Translations under genes and position numbers: made by a program
In this document: positions 46,403-60,008 of the stretch, one piece after another
How positions within the stretch are numbered: the first letter of the stretch is position 1
Layout: each line of letters starts with the position of its first letter
NCBI RefSeq assembly: GCF_038025025.1
Contig: NW_027117340.1
Location: forward strand, 1,426,001-1,490,000
Reading direction: 5' to 3'
DNA from: Phyllosticta citribraziliensis
Lineage: Eukaryota
DNA: 64,000 bases
The notes under the pieces: model-generated
What the model was told of the DNA's origin: nothing
What the model saw: the letters and a program-made list of their open reading frames with translations, nothing else
Databases searched by the model: none

Positions 46403-47504
46403 CTACGCCGCGCCTGAGTCCTTTCTATCACCATCGCGGTTCTTATCACTACTACCGGGCCAACTTGGCACAAGACCCGTCGGACGCAAGACGCGCTTGT
46501 ACTTTGCGCTCTTGCTGGGACTGACCAAGCCGCTGACCAAGCTGCCCTTGCTCTCTTTTCCGTCCTTGCCCCCATCTTTGGACGTGTCGATGCCGCGGGG
46601 TGTTTTTGGATTGGGCGAACCCTTGGTGGCGTCACCGCCAGTGAAATACTCGCTGGTTGCGCGTGATGAGTCGACGCTGGTCTTGCCGACGCCCAGCATG
46701 CCGCCGCCGGAACCGCCGCCCGTTCCCGAAGTCGATGGGCGGAATGTGTAGAACGTGTCGTCGGGGAATGGGGAGGGACCACCGGTGAGGAGCTGGGTGA
46801 ATTAGCATACAAGGGGGTCAAGGGGGGACCGATTGGCGGATGCTGCCAGGGGTAGGTTGCTCACGTGCTCCAAATGCTGCAGACGGCGCTCAACCGCGTC
46901 AAAAGACTTGAGTTTCTCCTGCACCTCGGGCGGAATGTCGGGCTCCTTCGACTTCTCCGTGACCGTCTGCTCGAGCCGGCGTAGGTTTTCCTTGAGCGTA
47001 GTGCCCTCCTCGGCCAAGCGGCGGTTCTTTTCCGTCAAGTCGGCGATCTCAGACTGCATCGACGAGTTGCGAGTCTTGACAACGTCAAACTCCTCGCGCA
47101 GTGGCGCTGTATTGTTAGTGCCATCTTTGCGCAGCGCCGACACCTCGTTCTTGAGCTCGTGCGTCAGGTTGATTTCCTTCCACAGCGACGTGACCTCTGC
47201 CTTGAGTGCGCTGTTTTCGGAACGCAGCTCCGACAGCTGTCGCTCGTAGTGCTCCGACTCTTGCTCCAGCTGGCGCACCACTTCGATGAGGAAGTTACCC
47301 TTCTTCCATTGAAGCCGCTCCGCTTCTCCTCCGGTCGACGTGGGTGCTGATAGCCGGGGGCTTGACGGGCTCTGCGGCCGCTGCGACTTGGACTGCAAGG
47401 ACAAGATCAGTTGGAAGGCTCATCCCACCCCTTGTACGGTGACGCAACGGGCTGCTGACCTCGTTCTCTGAACCCTGCTGGGTTGTCGAGTTCTTCTCCG
47501 CCAT
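46403..47504 (-). CDS. Hypothetical coiled-coil protein with disordered C-terminus. Introns 47459-47393 and 46864-46793
   Basis: MAEKNSTTQQGSENE|SKSQRP..., E/K/L heptad-rich middle, then LEH|LLTGGPSPF...SGAA*. Both GT-AG introns are phase 0 with CTGAT/CTAAT branch sites. Confidence 0.68.
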
Positions 47505-48643
47505 GTCTGAGTGCTGCTGCTGGCGGCTATTGGGACGTCTCCTGGACAGGCGAGAGCGCGGGCGCGACGGAGTAGGGAGGCAAGATGTTGGAATGCAGCT
47601 CGAGGTGTGGGTTGAGAAGGTGATTTCGTCCGCAGTCGGCGCGTGATACATCTGCGCCGACTCGGCCATCCGTTCCCCTCTTTGCGAAGGGTCCTCCATT
47701 TTCACTTTTAGTTCCGCGTCGCATGGATGTGCGAGGTAACTTTGGTCGTCGTCGACCCGTACCTGGCACTTTGACTTTTGGGCTTTTGGGGGCGATGCCT
47801 GTTTTAATCGAGCCATCCCCGCCATGACCCTTTAGCCCCGGAGCTTATTGGAAGTCCGCCTCGCAGGTGTTGGAACTGCGGCCGTGTGGAGCTAACTCCG
47901 CCAGCCGTTTCACATGCACTGCTCAATCAATCCCCGTCAGACGTCTCTTCAACGGCTACTGGCGCTCTGCTTCTCTGGCCGGTTGGAAGCATTCGGATCC
48001 CAAGCTGAGGGAATGTGCTCGGAGGTCGGAAGAGGTGGAAAGCAGCAGCCCGCGACTCGCCCTCACCCAATTGCATCGTATCCAGCTGGGAAGTTTGGAA
48101 CGAGCCCACCACTTTGCATATTCTGCGACCTTAGCCAGTTACGATTCTAGAATTCATGCGCGACTGGCAGAGTCTTGAGACGCGAAAAAGACCCTGCTAG
48201 CCGCTACTCAAGTCGGACCAGGCTCAAGTGCAGGCTTACGTGCCGTGGCACAGGGCGGTGGCTGGCGGCACCCAAGTAAGCTTAATACCGCGAGCATGGT
48301 TTTTTTCCATTTTCTTGTCCACGCCCATTGGTCCATGCGTTCCACCGTTGGATTCGGGCGATCGATCACTTTAGGCCTTCAACGTGGTATCCAGGATATT
48401 GAAGCGGGTGATAGATGGCTAGATCGATTCCTGGACGGGAGACGTCATAAGGAAGGCGATTGGCATCTCCAAAGAAAACTCCTTTAAATGGCACCCCTTG
48501 TGCCCAACCCCTCGGTGAGCTCAACCCCTGGCATTGTTAGCTTGTCAGAATAAGCGACGATGGAAAAGTGCCAAATCTTCTCTGAATGACTTGCGATGGA
48601 ATTTTCTACATCCGCTCTTGTTTTCTTTTTTATCCAACCTCTT

Positions 48644-51600
48644 CTAAATCTTAAACTTCTCAAGGTACTTCCTGGCTTCCTCAACGCCATCGTCGACCTT
48701 TTCCGGGTTTGTGCCTTGCCCGACGGCCGTCTTGCCCTTACCACCAGCCTTGCCACCGATAATGGTGGAAACGGCCTTGGCCCAGTCGGCAGCAGAGGCA
48801 CCTTGGGATTCAAAGTGCTGTAAACAGTCAGCAGGTGCACTGCACATGACCGGAAACGACGAAACAGAGGACAGCCTGTGCTCAGACGGCATAATGGGAC
48901 CAAGTCGCTTACCTCTCCAATGTAGCAACCGTGCGCAACCTTGCCCTCCTTCTCATCGCCGGCCACCAGGTAGACCGACTTGTCCTTCTCCTTTGAACTG
49001 ACGTACTTAATGGCCTCAGTGATGGCCTTGCTTGTGTGCTGGTTGTAGTCGAGACGCTGGACGAAAAACTTGCTCTCCTTGTTGGCAGCAAAGTAATTCT
49101 TCACTGCATCCAGCACCTTTTGGTTCTCGGCCTTGCTGGCCTTCTTCTGCTCGTCGAGGATGCCCTTGGCGACAGCGGCGACACGGCGACGGAACTTTTC
49201 CTTTTCAAGAAGCGGGATGGTGAGTTCGTTGAGACGGGTCTGGATGCTCTTGGCGGCGACCTCCTTGTCAGACGAGAATGACATCTTTTCGAGAGAGGCG
49301 ATTTCGGCGGAAAAGTCGTTCGCCACGCGCTGCACGTCGTAGGCACCTTGGCCAGTGACGGCAATAATGCGGCGGATACCCTTTGCAATACCACCCTCCT
49401 CCAAAACGACGAGTTCCTTGATCTCGCCCGTCGACGCAACGTGGGTACCGCCGCAAAACTCAATAGAGAGCTTCTCCCATTCGGCATTGTCGGGATCCTT
49501 CATTATGTCGGAAACGGGCACACCAATTGAAACGACGCGCACGGGGTCCGGGTACTTTTCGCCGAAAATGGCACGCACACCGCGAATCTTGTAAGCATCT
49601 GCGAGGGCAAGGGGCTCAATGTAGACGCTGCGATTCTCGCGAATGTAAGCGTTGGAGACGGTTTCGATCTTTTCGACTTGCTGCTCCGTTACGCCCGTCT
49701 TGTGCGAAAAGTCAAAACGCAGCTTTTCAGGGGCAACGAGAGAACCCTTTTGATCAATCTCCCATCCCAAGGTTTCACGCAACGCGTAGTTGAGGACGTG
49801 GGTACCAGTGTGGTTGTTGCGGATGGGGTGACGGCGGAGCTCGTCGTACTCGCAGAGGACCTCGTCATCAACCGAGATGGCTCCGTACGATAAGTAGCCG
49901 GTGTGGAAGACGTAGCCGTTGGAAACCTGAACATTCTGGACATCGAAAGCGGCCTCGTTCGCGCCCTCAATCATAATCTTGCCAGTGTCAAATTCTTGAC
50001 CACCCTGTTCAGCGTAAAAGTTGGTCTTGTCTAGAATAAGACCGAACTGCTCGCCCTCGGCCAACTCGGAGGTGCTCTTGATGAACTTCTTCTCGGGGTG
50101 GAAGATGGCCTTGACGTGGGCGGTAATATCATCCCGACCATACTTGTAGTCGTCTTCGGTTGGGGTGACCTTCATCTCTTGGAGAGCTCCAATTGCATGC
50201 ACGTCGAGCTTGACCAGGTTTGCACCAGCCTTCTTGGCGCCTTTGCTGGCTTCCTTTGCCTTGGCCTGCGCCGCCCTCACTTCAGCATCGTCAATGGTGA
50301 GACCGCGCTCCTCGGCCATGATAAGGGTCAGATCCTCGGGGAAACCATATGTGTCGTATAACCTCCAGACATCGGCACCAGAGAGCTTCTTGGTACCAGC
50401 CTGTTCGCACTGCTTGGCATACCTGTCAAACATAACCTCACCGCGGTCCAAGCTCTTTGCAAAGGCCTGCTCTTCTTCATCCAGAATCTCCTTGACATCA
50501 TTCTCCTTCTTCTTGATCTCAGGGAACATGTCGCCAACCTGCGCGACCAGCGTGGGGACAATCTTGGAAAAGAAGTTCCCAATGTCGGTATTGAGGTACT
50601 TGCGAGCGTAACGCGCACCTCTCCTGAGCACTCTGCGCACAACGTAGCCACGACCAACAGCGTCCGGAATGGCACCATCGGAAATGGCGAAGGTCAGGAG
50701 ACGGACGTGATCCGCAACGACGCGGTATGCGGTGTCAATGCCATCTGGATCCTCATCACCAAACTTGCCCTTGTACTCTCTAACACCCGTGATCTCCTGA
50801 ATCGTCTTGAAGAGCGGAGTAAAGACGTCCGTGTCGTAGTTGGACATTTTGTCTTGCAGGATGGAAACCAAACGCTCAAAACCCAAGCCAGTGTCCACGT
50901 GCTTTTGAGGCAGCGACCTCAAAGACCTGTCCGGTTCGCGGTTGTACTGGATGAAAACGTTGTTCCAGATCTCCAACACGTTGGGGTCGTCCATGTTGAC
51001 AAGATGGGCAGCATTTCTGCCGCCGATCCTGTCGTAGTGGATCTCTGAGCAAGGACCGCAAGGGCCCTGGTCTCCCATCTCCCAAAAGTTGTCTTTGGCA
51101 TTGCCCGTAAGAATGTGGTCATCGGGTACGCCAACCGCCTTCCAGTAGTCTCTGGCCTCGGTGTCCGGCTCCAGACCCAGCTTCGCGTCGCCCTCAAAGT
51201 ATGTCACGTACAGGCGGTCGGGCTCCAGGCCAAAGACCTTGGTCAGCAGCTCCCACGAGTACTGAATGGCCTCCTTCTTGAAGTAGTCGCCAAAGCTCCA
51301 GTTGCCCAACATCTCGAAAAACGTGTGGTGGTAGCTGTCCTTGCCAACGTCGTCGAGGTCATTGTGCTTTCCTCCGGCGCGAATGCACTTTTGCGAGTTG
51401 ACGGCGCGCTTCAGCGTGGCAAAATCCGAATTCGGGTCGACGGTGCCAAGGAAAATGGACTTGTACTGGTTCATGCCGGCATTGGTGAAGAGCAGAGTCG
51501 GGTCGGACAAAGGAACGACGCTCGAAGAGGGCACGAAGGTGTGGCCATTTTGCTTGAAGTAGTCGAGAAAGGTGGAGCGGACCTTGGAAGCAGGCCAGGT

Positions 51601-51864
51601 GGGATGCTGGTCGGCGACGGAGGCCATGGTGCGGTGCAACGCCGCGGAGAGCAGCAGAGGCGCTGGGCGAGGGCGAGGGCTGGGGCGAGGATAGCCGGTG
51701 GAGCGGCCTAGGAGGCTGGGCGCAGCGCGAGTAGAGACGGTGGAGTGTGTGGAGGCACAGGTGGTTGTGGTGGTGTTGCTAGGAATTTGTAGAAGCTTCG
51801 AGCGGGACTTCAGCGAGGTCAAATATCGACCGTGACTCACGGCGCCGACTCTGCAACGCAGCAT
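48644..51864 (-). CDS. ALA1: Alanyl-tRNA synthetase with a putative mitochondrial presequence; second ATG at 51627. Intron 48912-48818
   Basis: [60 protein letters not shown], editing motifs NHTGTH and EFCGGTH, and C-terminal GGKAGGK. Confidence 0.98.
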
Positions 51865-52011
51865 GCACTCGGTTGAAGTCGACGATTAAAGGATCCGGCG
51901 TTGCGCGAAATGCACTAGGGCCCGCGGCTTTCTTTGACGACGCGAATTCGATCTCGGCTCCAAGCTTTTTGTCGCCGCGAATGAAGTTGAATGGTTTGTG
52001 ATGGCCGCAGA

Positions 52012-52713
52012 ATGGCATCCACAGCCTCCGGCGTCAACAAGAAGCGCCCTGCTTCCGAAGCACTCGAGAGCGAGCAGCGCCTCGCAAAGCGCTTCAACTT
52101 GCTAAACATTGGTATGCTCGACGATTCTCCAGCCCCTCGAGTCCGTCTGAGCCCATCGCTAACTTCACGCGCAGACAGCAATGGCAAGCTCTACATTCCC
52201 GTCGCCGCCAACCCCGCCACGGCCAGTGCGCCTCATCACGAACCCCTCCCCAACCCCGAACCGAGTCAGCACAAACGTGCCCCCATCGACGACGACTGGA
52301 TGCCCATTGATGAAACAAAGGACAGAGTGTACATCTGCGACCTGGACCAGGAGCTTGCCGACATTGAATCGGACGAGGAGAACCCGATCTTTCTACCCGA
52401 CATTGAGAAGCACCTCAACCGCATACCGCCTCATTTGTTGAAGAGCAAGGTTCCGCAACCTACGCAGCACAACCAGCTAGTGTTGTACAGCATACCTCAG
52501 TCTCTGAGCGTACCAGAGGATAAAGACAGCGTCAGAAAGGCCATCATTGAAGCTAGAGCTAGGGCAGGCCAGAACTGGTCGCCGCCGGAGAATGCTCCAG
52601 CGACACAAGCCAACACCAGTGAACCAGCGGGGGTTCAGGACGTCGAAGAGATGGCCACTGACGGCGACGAGTTCCCGCAAGACATGGACGTCGAGCCTAT
52701 GGACATTGAATGA
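52012..52713 (+). CDS. Conserved fungal hypothetical protein. Intron 52112-52174
   Basis: KRPASEALESEQRLAKRFNLLNI|D, MPIDETKDRVYICDLDQELADIESDE, FLPDIEK, LVLYSIPQSLSVPEDKDSVRKAIIEARAR; GTATGC...GCTAAC...CAG intron. Confidence 0.8.
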   Translation: MASTASGVNKKRPASEALESEQRLAKRFNLLNIGMLDDSPAPRVRLSPSLTSRADSNGKLYIPVAANPATASAPHHEPLPNPEPSQHKRAPIDDDWMPIDETKDRVYICDLDQELADIESDEENPIFLPDIEKHLNRIPPHLLKSKVPQPTQHNQLVLYSIPQSLSVPEDKDSVRKAIIEARARAGQNWSPPENAPATQANTSEPAGVQDVEEMATDGDEFPQDMDVEPMDIE

Positions 52714-52924
52714 TGAAACGGCACAGCAAGCGAGCAGTCACGAACAGAAATGCGACCCGCGACGAATTAATTTTGATTATCTGCCCCGAAACCAAACTGC
52801 CTACTAGCAGCGAGGCCGTGTTTCATTATTAAGGAGCGCGCGCAGATGCTCCATATGCGCTGACGTTGCCATGACCCTGATTGGCGTGCAACGCGATAAT
52901 GCCTCATGCGTCAGGCCGCGGCTC

Positions 52925-53590
52925 TCAAAGTCGCCAAGGGGTGGAGCTTCCCGTTTGGTGCGCCTGCGCAGGTTGGGAAGGCTCATCGACTACGCCAGTC
53001 GTTTGACCACTTAATGGTGGCGGGCCAGGGGGTGGGCTGTACGAAGAGGGCGGAGGACCGTAATGTTGCTCCGGAGCAACCTTTGTCGAACCCACTGGCG
53101 GCTGGTATGTCGGAGGGACATCGTTGTTGTAGAGAGGCAGAGGCTCTGGGTAAGCCTGCATGTTGTGGCCGTGATACTGAGGATTAGGACGGTAGATTGT
53201 GTAGTCCTGGCGCAAATACGGTTCGAAACGAGCTCGTTGGTGGCTAGGAAGCAACCACTGTGATGGTCAGATGTAGAGCTCGAATGGATGGAGCCTGGTG
53301 GCTTACGCGGTGGTATGGCAGAGGAGCCAGTCCCTTCTTCATACGACGTTGGGCATGATAGTAACCTCCAACGAACCACAGCAGAAAGAGGAGCATCAAA
53401 ACTCCAAATATTGTGAATTTGACAATGAAGCCAGTCTTTTACATGTTAGTCGAGGTCGCCGAGCGTCCAGCCTAGGCTGTTTTCTTACGCGTGTAAACCA
53501 AAAGTTGTCAAACCGGTCACCATCGTCGAGAACAACAGGGTCATTGTTGTTGTTGGCGGGAGGATTGTCGTTTTGGCGAGGGAGCAGCAT
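52925..53590 (-). CDS. RCR-like single-pass membrane protein with a PY motif. Introns 53488-53436 and 53306-53258
   Basis: FWFTR|TGFIVKF, a TM helix, YYHAQRRMKKGLAPLPYHR|WL, and a Pro-rich tail with PLPLY, PPTY and YSPPPGPPP. Confidence 0.72.
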
Positions 53591-54339
53591 TTTGGAAAGA
53601 CGTCTGGAAGCAGAAAAGACTGGAGAAAGAAGACGAGAGGGAAAGAGAGAGCAGAAGAGTAGCAAATAATTGACGTGGCGGTGAAGTTGGGAAAAGAGCT
53701 GTGGCTGTGGCGGGCGGAACGCAACGAGTTTCACGCAATGTAAGAGGCAGTTAGATGGCTAGTCGTAGCTAGTGTGGCGCGAGCGTGCAGTGCAGCCTGG
53801 ACGGGAAGGTCGAAACAGGGCGAAGAGGACAAGAGACGCGATTGGAAGCAAACGAGCGGATTAGGAGATGATGTAGCATTTGGGCGAGGTGAGCGGAGGC
53901 TGGTGCCCGGAGGTGGTGGTAAAAAGGTTGACCCCAGTCATGGTACGGTACATGTAGGGTGCGCAGGCAGGGAACCGGAACTCTCCCAAGCAAGCACGTG
54001 GCGCGTCCCGACCGTGACGGGTTGGTCTTCCGTACCTTACCTAGCTACTGCACCTCACCAACGGCTTCGCATACCGCTGCGTTTCTTCATTTCTTCGTCG
54101 AGAAACACCCGGGACACCATCGCGACTCGGATACCCGCTCTTCGACCAGCTCCAATCCCACCCTTCTCCCCTCTTCCCGCGCCACCGCTCCGGTTCCGGT
54201 GCTCGTGCTTCCTCTCTGCCCACGGTCCCTCCCGCATATCGTCACCGCGAACCAAATCCGAATCGCCGGCCGCGACTTTTAATCTCAGCGATCCCCACGC
54301 CCTCTCCGGCGGAGCGATGAACATCGAGAGTCGAGCCCG

Positions 54340-57300
54340 ATGAGCTCCGTAGATGGAGAGAGCAATGTCAGCGGCGGCAGTGAACAAGTCAGCGCCAACA
54401 CGCTCTCTGGAGATGGTCTGGCAACAGACAGTGCGGAGCGTCCTAGCTCCGAGCTCAAGCATATTCTAGAGGATGAGCAAAAGGAACTGGGCGCCAAAGC
54501 GGCAGAAGACACCAATGGCACCAGTTTTCATGGCTATCGCAAGCTCAAGGAACAAGAAGATGCTGCGTCAGAAGGCTCGTCAGCGCCACTGCCTCGCCAG
54601 GGTCCTTCGACTGGGCCCATGAGCCCAGAAGCCTCAATTTCTACACCAGATGACACGCCATCAGTTCAGGTGCGTCTTTGTCTTGGGTTTATGTCGAGTC
54701 AATCTCATCATCGCAGGGTTCCGCGCCATCTTCTCCAAGCAGCAGCACTCCGCCTTCTTTCGCTGCTTTTCAACGAGCTCGCCCGGCTCCCCTCCAACCT
54801 TTTGAGCGGCGATTCTCCACTAGAATAACATCGTCTTCCAGCCTCGGCTCGCCAAGAGCAGACTCGCCCGCCTTCCTCAACGCACATTCTCGCCAGTCAT
54901 CACTATCTAGTCAGATTTTTCAAGCGCAGGATGAATCGGAGACGCCGCAGCCGCCGTGGGAAGTTGTACGGTGGACGAAATTGCGCAAGATATCCGGCCA
55001 AGCCTTTTCCGAGCTGGGAAAGCGGAATTTTGGTCGGCCAACGTGTTTGGCCGTGGCATCGTCTATTATTCTGGGAACCTCAAAAGGCCTGATCTTGGTT
55101 TTCGACTATCATCAGACGCTCAAGTCCATTATTGGTCCTGGTTCAAAGGCAATTGAAAGCGGTGCCATCACTGCCCTGGCCATTTCCGCCGACCACACCA
55201 CTGTTGCAGGAGGACACAGTTCTGGCAACATCTTTACCTGGGAGCTGGCACGGCCTGCACGACCATTTCTTCACATTCCACCTCTTGCAAAATCAGAGCT
55301 TGAAAACAGACAGTCCGACGGCCATGTCTCTGACGTTTCGGTTTACCACCTGGGGTTTCTAGGCACGCGCCACACAGCCTTGGTATCTGCAGACGAGGGT
55401 GGAATGGCTTTCTCTCACTTGGCCACCAGAGGACTTGGAGCCATGGGTCGGACAGTGAAGACTACTAGGATCCTTGGCCGCTATCCTCCCTCTCCGACAA
55501 CCCCTGAGCCGGCTCGCAAGGCGAGTTCAGTGCTAGCCTTCTCTCCACTTCCCCTTGGAAATGTTGAGCAGCCCACGGACACTCTTGGCTTGACTGCCCT
55601 GTTGACCCCTTATCTGCTGGTAATAGTATCGACTACCCCCATCGCCGAAACGCAGCACAAAGCCACGCGACCCAAGGAGTTGGCTCCACATGGCACTTTG
55701 AGCGGCTGTCTGGCCTGGTTTCCGGCTGTAAAGCTGAAGAATGCCTCAGGCGCTGACGAGCAAGGCGTCTCCAAGACGAAACTGGTATATTGTTGGTCCA
55801 ACATTCTGACCGTCTTGGACGTGGATGCTCAGGAGCACCCGGAGAAGAATAAGCCCCCAATCCTCCATTTCCAGTCTCGCAGCAGATGGAGAGCTGAAGA
55901 AGCTATCGTTGCTGTGCAATGGCTCAGCAGATCAGTGATTGGGTTGCTGACGATAAGCCAGCGGCTTGTCATCTTGGAAGATACCTCGTTAAGACAGACC
56001 GACTCCTACGATCTCATCCAGAAGCACATTTTCCACGAAGACCTTTTCTCGCGTCAGCTTCACTCGGTTGTTGAGCAACACGACGAGAGAGATGATTCTT
56101 TGCATGGAGTTGTTGCTGATGCTTTCTACATGAGCTTTCGCGCATTCAAGGGCAGGCTCTTCCTCCTTGGGTTCAACGATGTATCCATCGGAACGCTATC
56201 GAATTGGGCTGATCGCCTATTAGCGCTGATGGAAGAAGGAGACTACATAGGTGCCCTGGAGTTGGCTACCGCATACTACAACGGCGATGCTGACAAGTTG
56301 ACTGTCGGATTGCCCAGTGATAACGATGCCCGACAAGCTTTGGTGCAGGAGAAATTGCTCGATATGCTCTCCGCATCCCTGAGATATACATTCTCGCGAA
56401 ACTGGTCAGAATACGACGAAGCGTCCCGATCCCAACTCTCTGCCCTAGCCACCGCCAGTTTCAACGCCTGTCTGAGTATGGATGACATGGACTATTTGTT
56501 CGAGGACGTCTTTGAAGCTTTCCGAGGTGCAAGTCTGCAAGGAATCTTTTTCGACGTGCTTGAGCCGCGGATCGTCGACGAAGAAATTACTTCTGTTCCG
56601 CCAGACGTCCTGAAAGATCTCATCACCCACTTTGCCTCCCATGGTCAAGCCGGCCAATTGGAAGAGTTGATTTGCCGACTGGACACATCTACAATAGACA
56701 TTAATCAGGTCACGATTCTCTGCCGACAATTCAACCTGTACGATGCCCTTATCTACGTTTGGACACGGTCATTGCGCGAGTACATCACACCCTTAATAGA
56801 CCTTTTGAAGATCATTGGGACCTTGCTTTCGAATTCGCAGCACAGCGATGTCACCTACGATCAACACGTGGCATCTGCAATGAAGATATTCCCTTATCTC
56901 GCATACACTTTGACTGGAAGAATATACCCCGGCGGCGTCACTTTGGAAGACGAAGAGGCGGACGAGGCCAAAGCGGCCTTGTACTCATACATATTTTCGG
57001 GAAAAGCAGTGGACTGGCCGAGAGGAAGTAAAGAGGTGTTCAATCCTCCGGCAGAAGCCAGCGTCGATGATTCTTTCCCCTATCTCCGGATGATTTTGAG
57101 ATTTGACACCGGGAGTTTCATGAGCATGCTCAACGAGGCTTTCGAGGACTCGTACCTGAACGGAGACCAAACATCCTCGCCTAATGGCATCGTAAATGGC
57201 AGAGCCACTGAAAGGTCCTCGGCTCGCAGGCCCACGCGGCAGTACATTCTCAACATCCTGCTGGGGGTCATGAGCGACGGTCAATTCGACCCCGAGGACA

Positions 57301-59372
57301 CCATTTACTTTTACATGTTCATCGCCCGTAATCTGCCCAAGTTTCCTCAGTACATCATCCTCCCGGGAAGTACTCTCCACAAGTTGCTCGAGGGTCTTTG
57401 CAACTATCCATCCGAGGCAGTATCGGACGACTGCCAACTCAGTGTCGAGTACCTGCTGTCCGTTTACCATCCACCGGACATTGACTCGCTCGTGCCCCTT
57501 TTTGAGCGTGCGGGCTTTCACCGTGTACTCAAGGCAGTATTCCGCAACGCCAAACAATACGCTCGGCTCATCGAAGCATACTTAAATGACTCCGATGATC
57601 GGGATGCAGTGTTCGATTGTATCAGGGACATTCTCCGTCCTAGCAGAGGTCTAAACAAGAAACAGACCAGCGACATTCATACGGTGATCCTTCGGCATGC
57701 GCTCGAGCTTGCCAGTGTCGATGCTGCCAAGACTGCCCTAACCATTCGGAATCACAGTCCAGCGCTTCTGGCGGGCGTGCTCGACAAATTGGAACCGGAT
57801 CCGTACCTCCAGTTTCTGTTTCTTCGATCACTTCTGGAGCCTGAAAGACAGCCTGGTCCAGGGCATACATCGCTTCCTCCAGAAGCTCCCACTGCAGCCT
57901 TTATCGAAAGGTTCGTTCAACTCATGTGCAAATATGAACCTGGACATGTGGCCGAGTATGTTGGTCTGCTCCGCTCAGGCAATTTGCGGCTCGAAAAAGT
58001 CCTCCCTGCCATGGAGAGCAGCGGCGTCATTGACGCAGCCGTGGTTCTCATGGCGCAAGACGGTCTGGTTCGCGATGCAATGAGCAGACTTGTCAAGCAC
58101 CTTGGAACACTGGAGACGGCCTTGGTTGGCTTGCTCGAAGAATCTGGAAACAGCCCGGATACTGCGAATACCGAAGAAGCCGCAACTGATTTGCTGGAGG
58201 CTGTGCACAAGTACTCTAAAATCGGCGTGTGGTTGTGTCAAGGACAAACAAGGGCCAAAAAGCAGGTCAATGGCGAAAAGAGACCTCGTGTCAATGGCAT
58301 GAAAGAGTTTGAAAGGGAACTGGACATGGACGAGGTCCTTTGGCTCGAGCTCCTTGATGCCGTTGTCACAATGACCAAGGAGGTCTCCATCGCGACCAGC
58401 AAGCTCACCCCCAAGACCGACCCTTCCAGTGTTTTGGACACTACAAAGATTTCAAACAGCCTCCGCACCAATGTCCAGAACACCTTTTCTGCCCTTCTCG
58501 CCTGCATGGCGACTGCCGAAGCCCCCAAACCCTTGACGCACTCAGCTGCCATCGCTGCAGCGCGCAAGCAGCACACGCCTGCATCCGCAGGACAACCCTC
58601 CCCATCCTTCCTCCGCATCCTCCGCGCCTTCCTCACCCGCGCCTCGCGCTCTTCGCCCTCGCTCTCCGACCTTCGCACCGTCCTCACCTCCATCTTCTCG
58701 GCCTATGCTTTCGAATCGACAATCCTTGCCCTCGCAAACGCCTTTTTGGACAAAGACGTCTTTTCGCGCTTGCAGGACGTGACGCTGCGGCGCGGCCGTG
58801 GCTGGCGGCCCAAGGGCAACGTTTGCGAGGGCTGCCGGCGGCGCGTGTGGGGCCCTGGCGTCGAGGGCGGCGCGCGCATCTGGGACGAGTGGGAGCGCCG
58901 CGAGAAGGCAGAGTGGCGCAGACGCTGGGAGCGCGACGTCCAGCGGCGCGGTGGTGTGGAGGGCGCCAGAGCGCGCCGTGGCAAAGGCAAAGCGGAGCCC
59001 CCCGACGATGTCGTCGACGTCGCTGACGCCGCGGCCGACGAGGCCGATGGCAGCGCCGAGCAGTCTGCCGTTGGGTCTGGAGACGGTGGTTCAGGGGACT
59101 GGGGGGAGAACGCTGTGAGGTCGGCGAACGGCGAGCTTTCATCGTCCAATGGCCCGCTGCAGCCGCTCGTCGTCTTTGCCTGTCGCCATCTGTGGCATCG
59201 CCGCTGCTTGGAGCGCGAACTTTTGAATCGTATGGGACATGATGGCCACGGCCAAACACAACCTGTCGGCGTCGATGGGGTGGCAGAAGCAAATGCCAAA
59301 TGGGAGGCTGAGGATGGCAGGTTCAAGTGTGCTATCTGCGTTGAGCTGCCCACTGGTGCGGCGAATGGGTGA
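54340..59372 (+). CDS. VPS8: CORVET subunit Vps8. Intron 54670-54716
   Basis: PWEVVRWTKLRKI, FGRPTCLAV, GTSKGLILVFDY, WD-like propeller, NWADRLLALM, LYDALIYVW, alpha-solenoid, and split C-terminal RING CEGC...FACRHLWHRRC...CAIC. Confidence 0.93.
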
Positions 59373-60008
59373 GATGGATGGCAAAGGTAATGGAATCACA
59401 CCGACAGCAGGTTGTCACGGAAGAACTTTGAAGGGTTGGATGGAAGTGCACTGTGCATGTATGACAGACTATTGGACAGACAGACAGCCGGGGTACGTGA
59501 GGGATTCTCCATTGAGACGCGAAGAGGTACGATGTAAGTAGGCAAGACTTAATTGAATGAGGTGGTTTTCATCAAATACGCTCATCGCGTTTTCCCTCTT
59601 ATCTCACCTAATCGAGAAGAAGCGTGTGGCCTGGCTTTTACTATCCGGCTTCAAAATTGGAAAAATTTTCGTCACTGAAAGCAAAATCCTGTAGTAGAAG
59701 AGCTACGGCTAGCTTTTGGGAGCAAGCTATCACACAGTACGTCCGTGATTTGGTATTTGGGTAAAGATGAGAGCGAAAAATAAAAGCGTGAAGGCGATGG
59801 GCAGGGAGAATCTGTAAAGTGAGAGATCAACTTCTCTCATATTCTACGACCATTTTTACAGAGCTGACCACCCATCTATGTACTCATATTGAGCCTGGAA
59901 AGTACGTACACACTCGTAATCGTGGCCAAGCAAGCAGCCGAGCAACACAGACGAGCTGGCTGCACGCGCGCGTATGTGCAACCATCTGCTGCCGGTAAGA
60001 TTGAGTAC

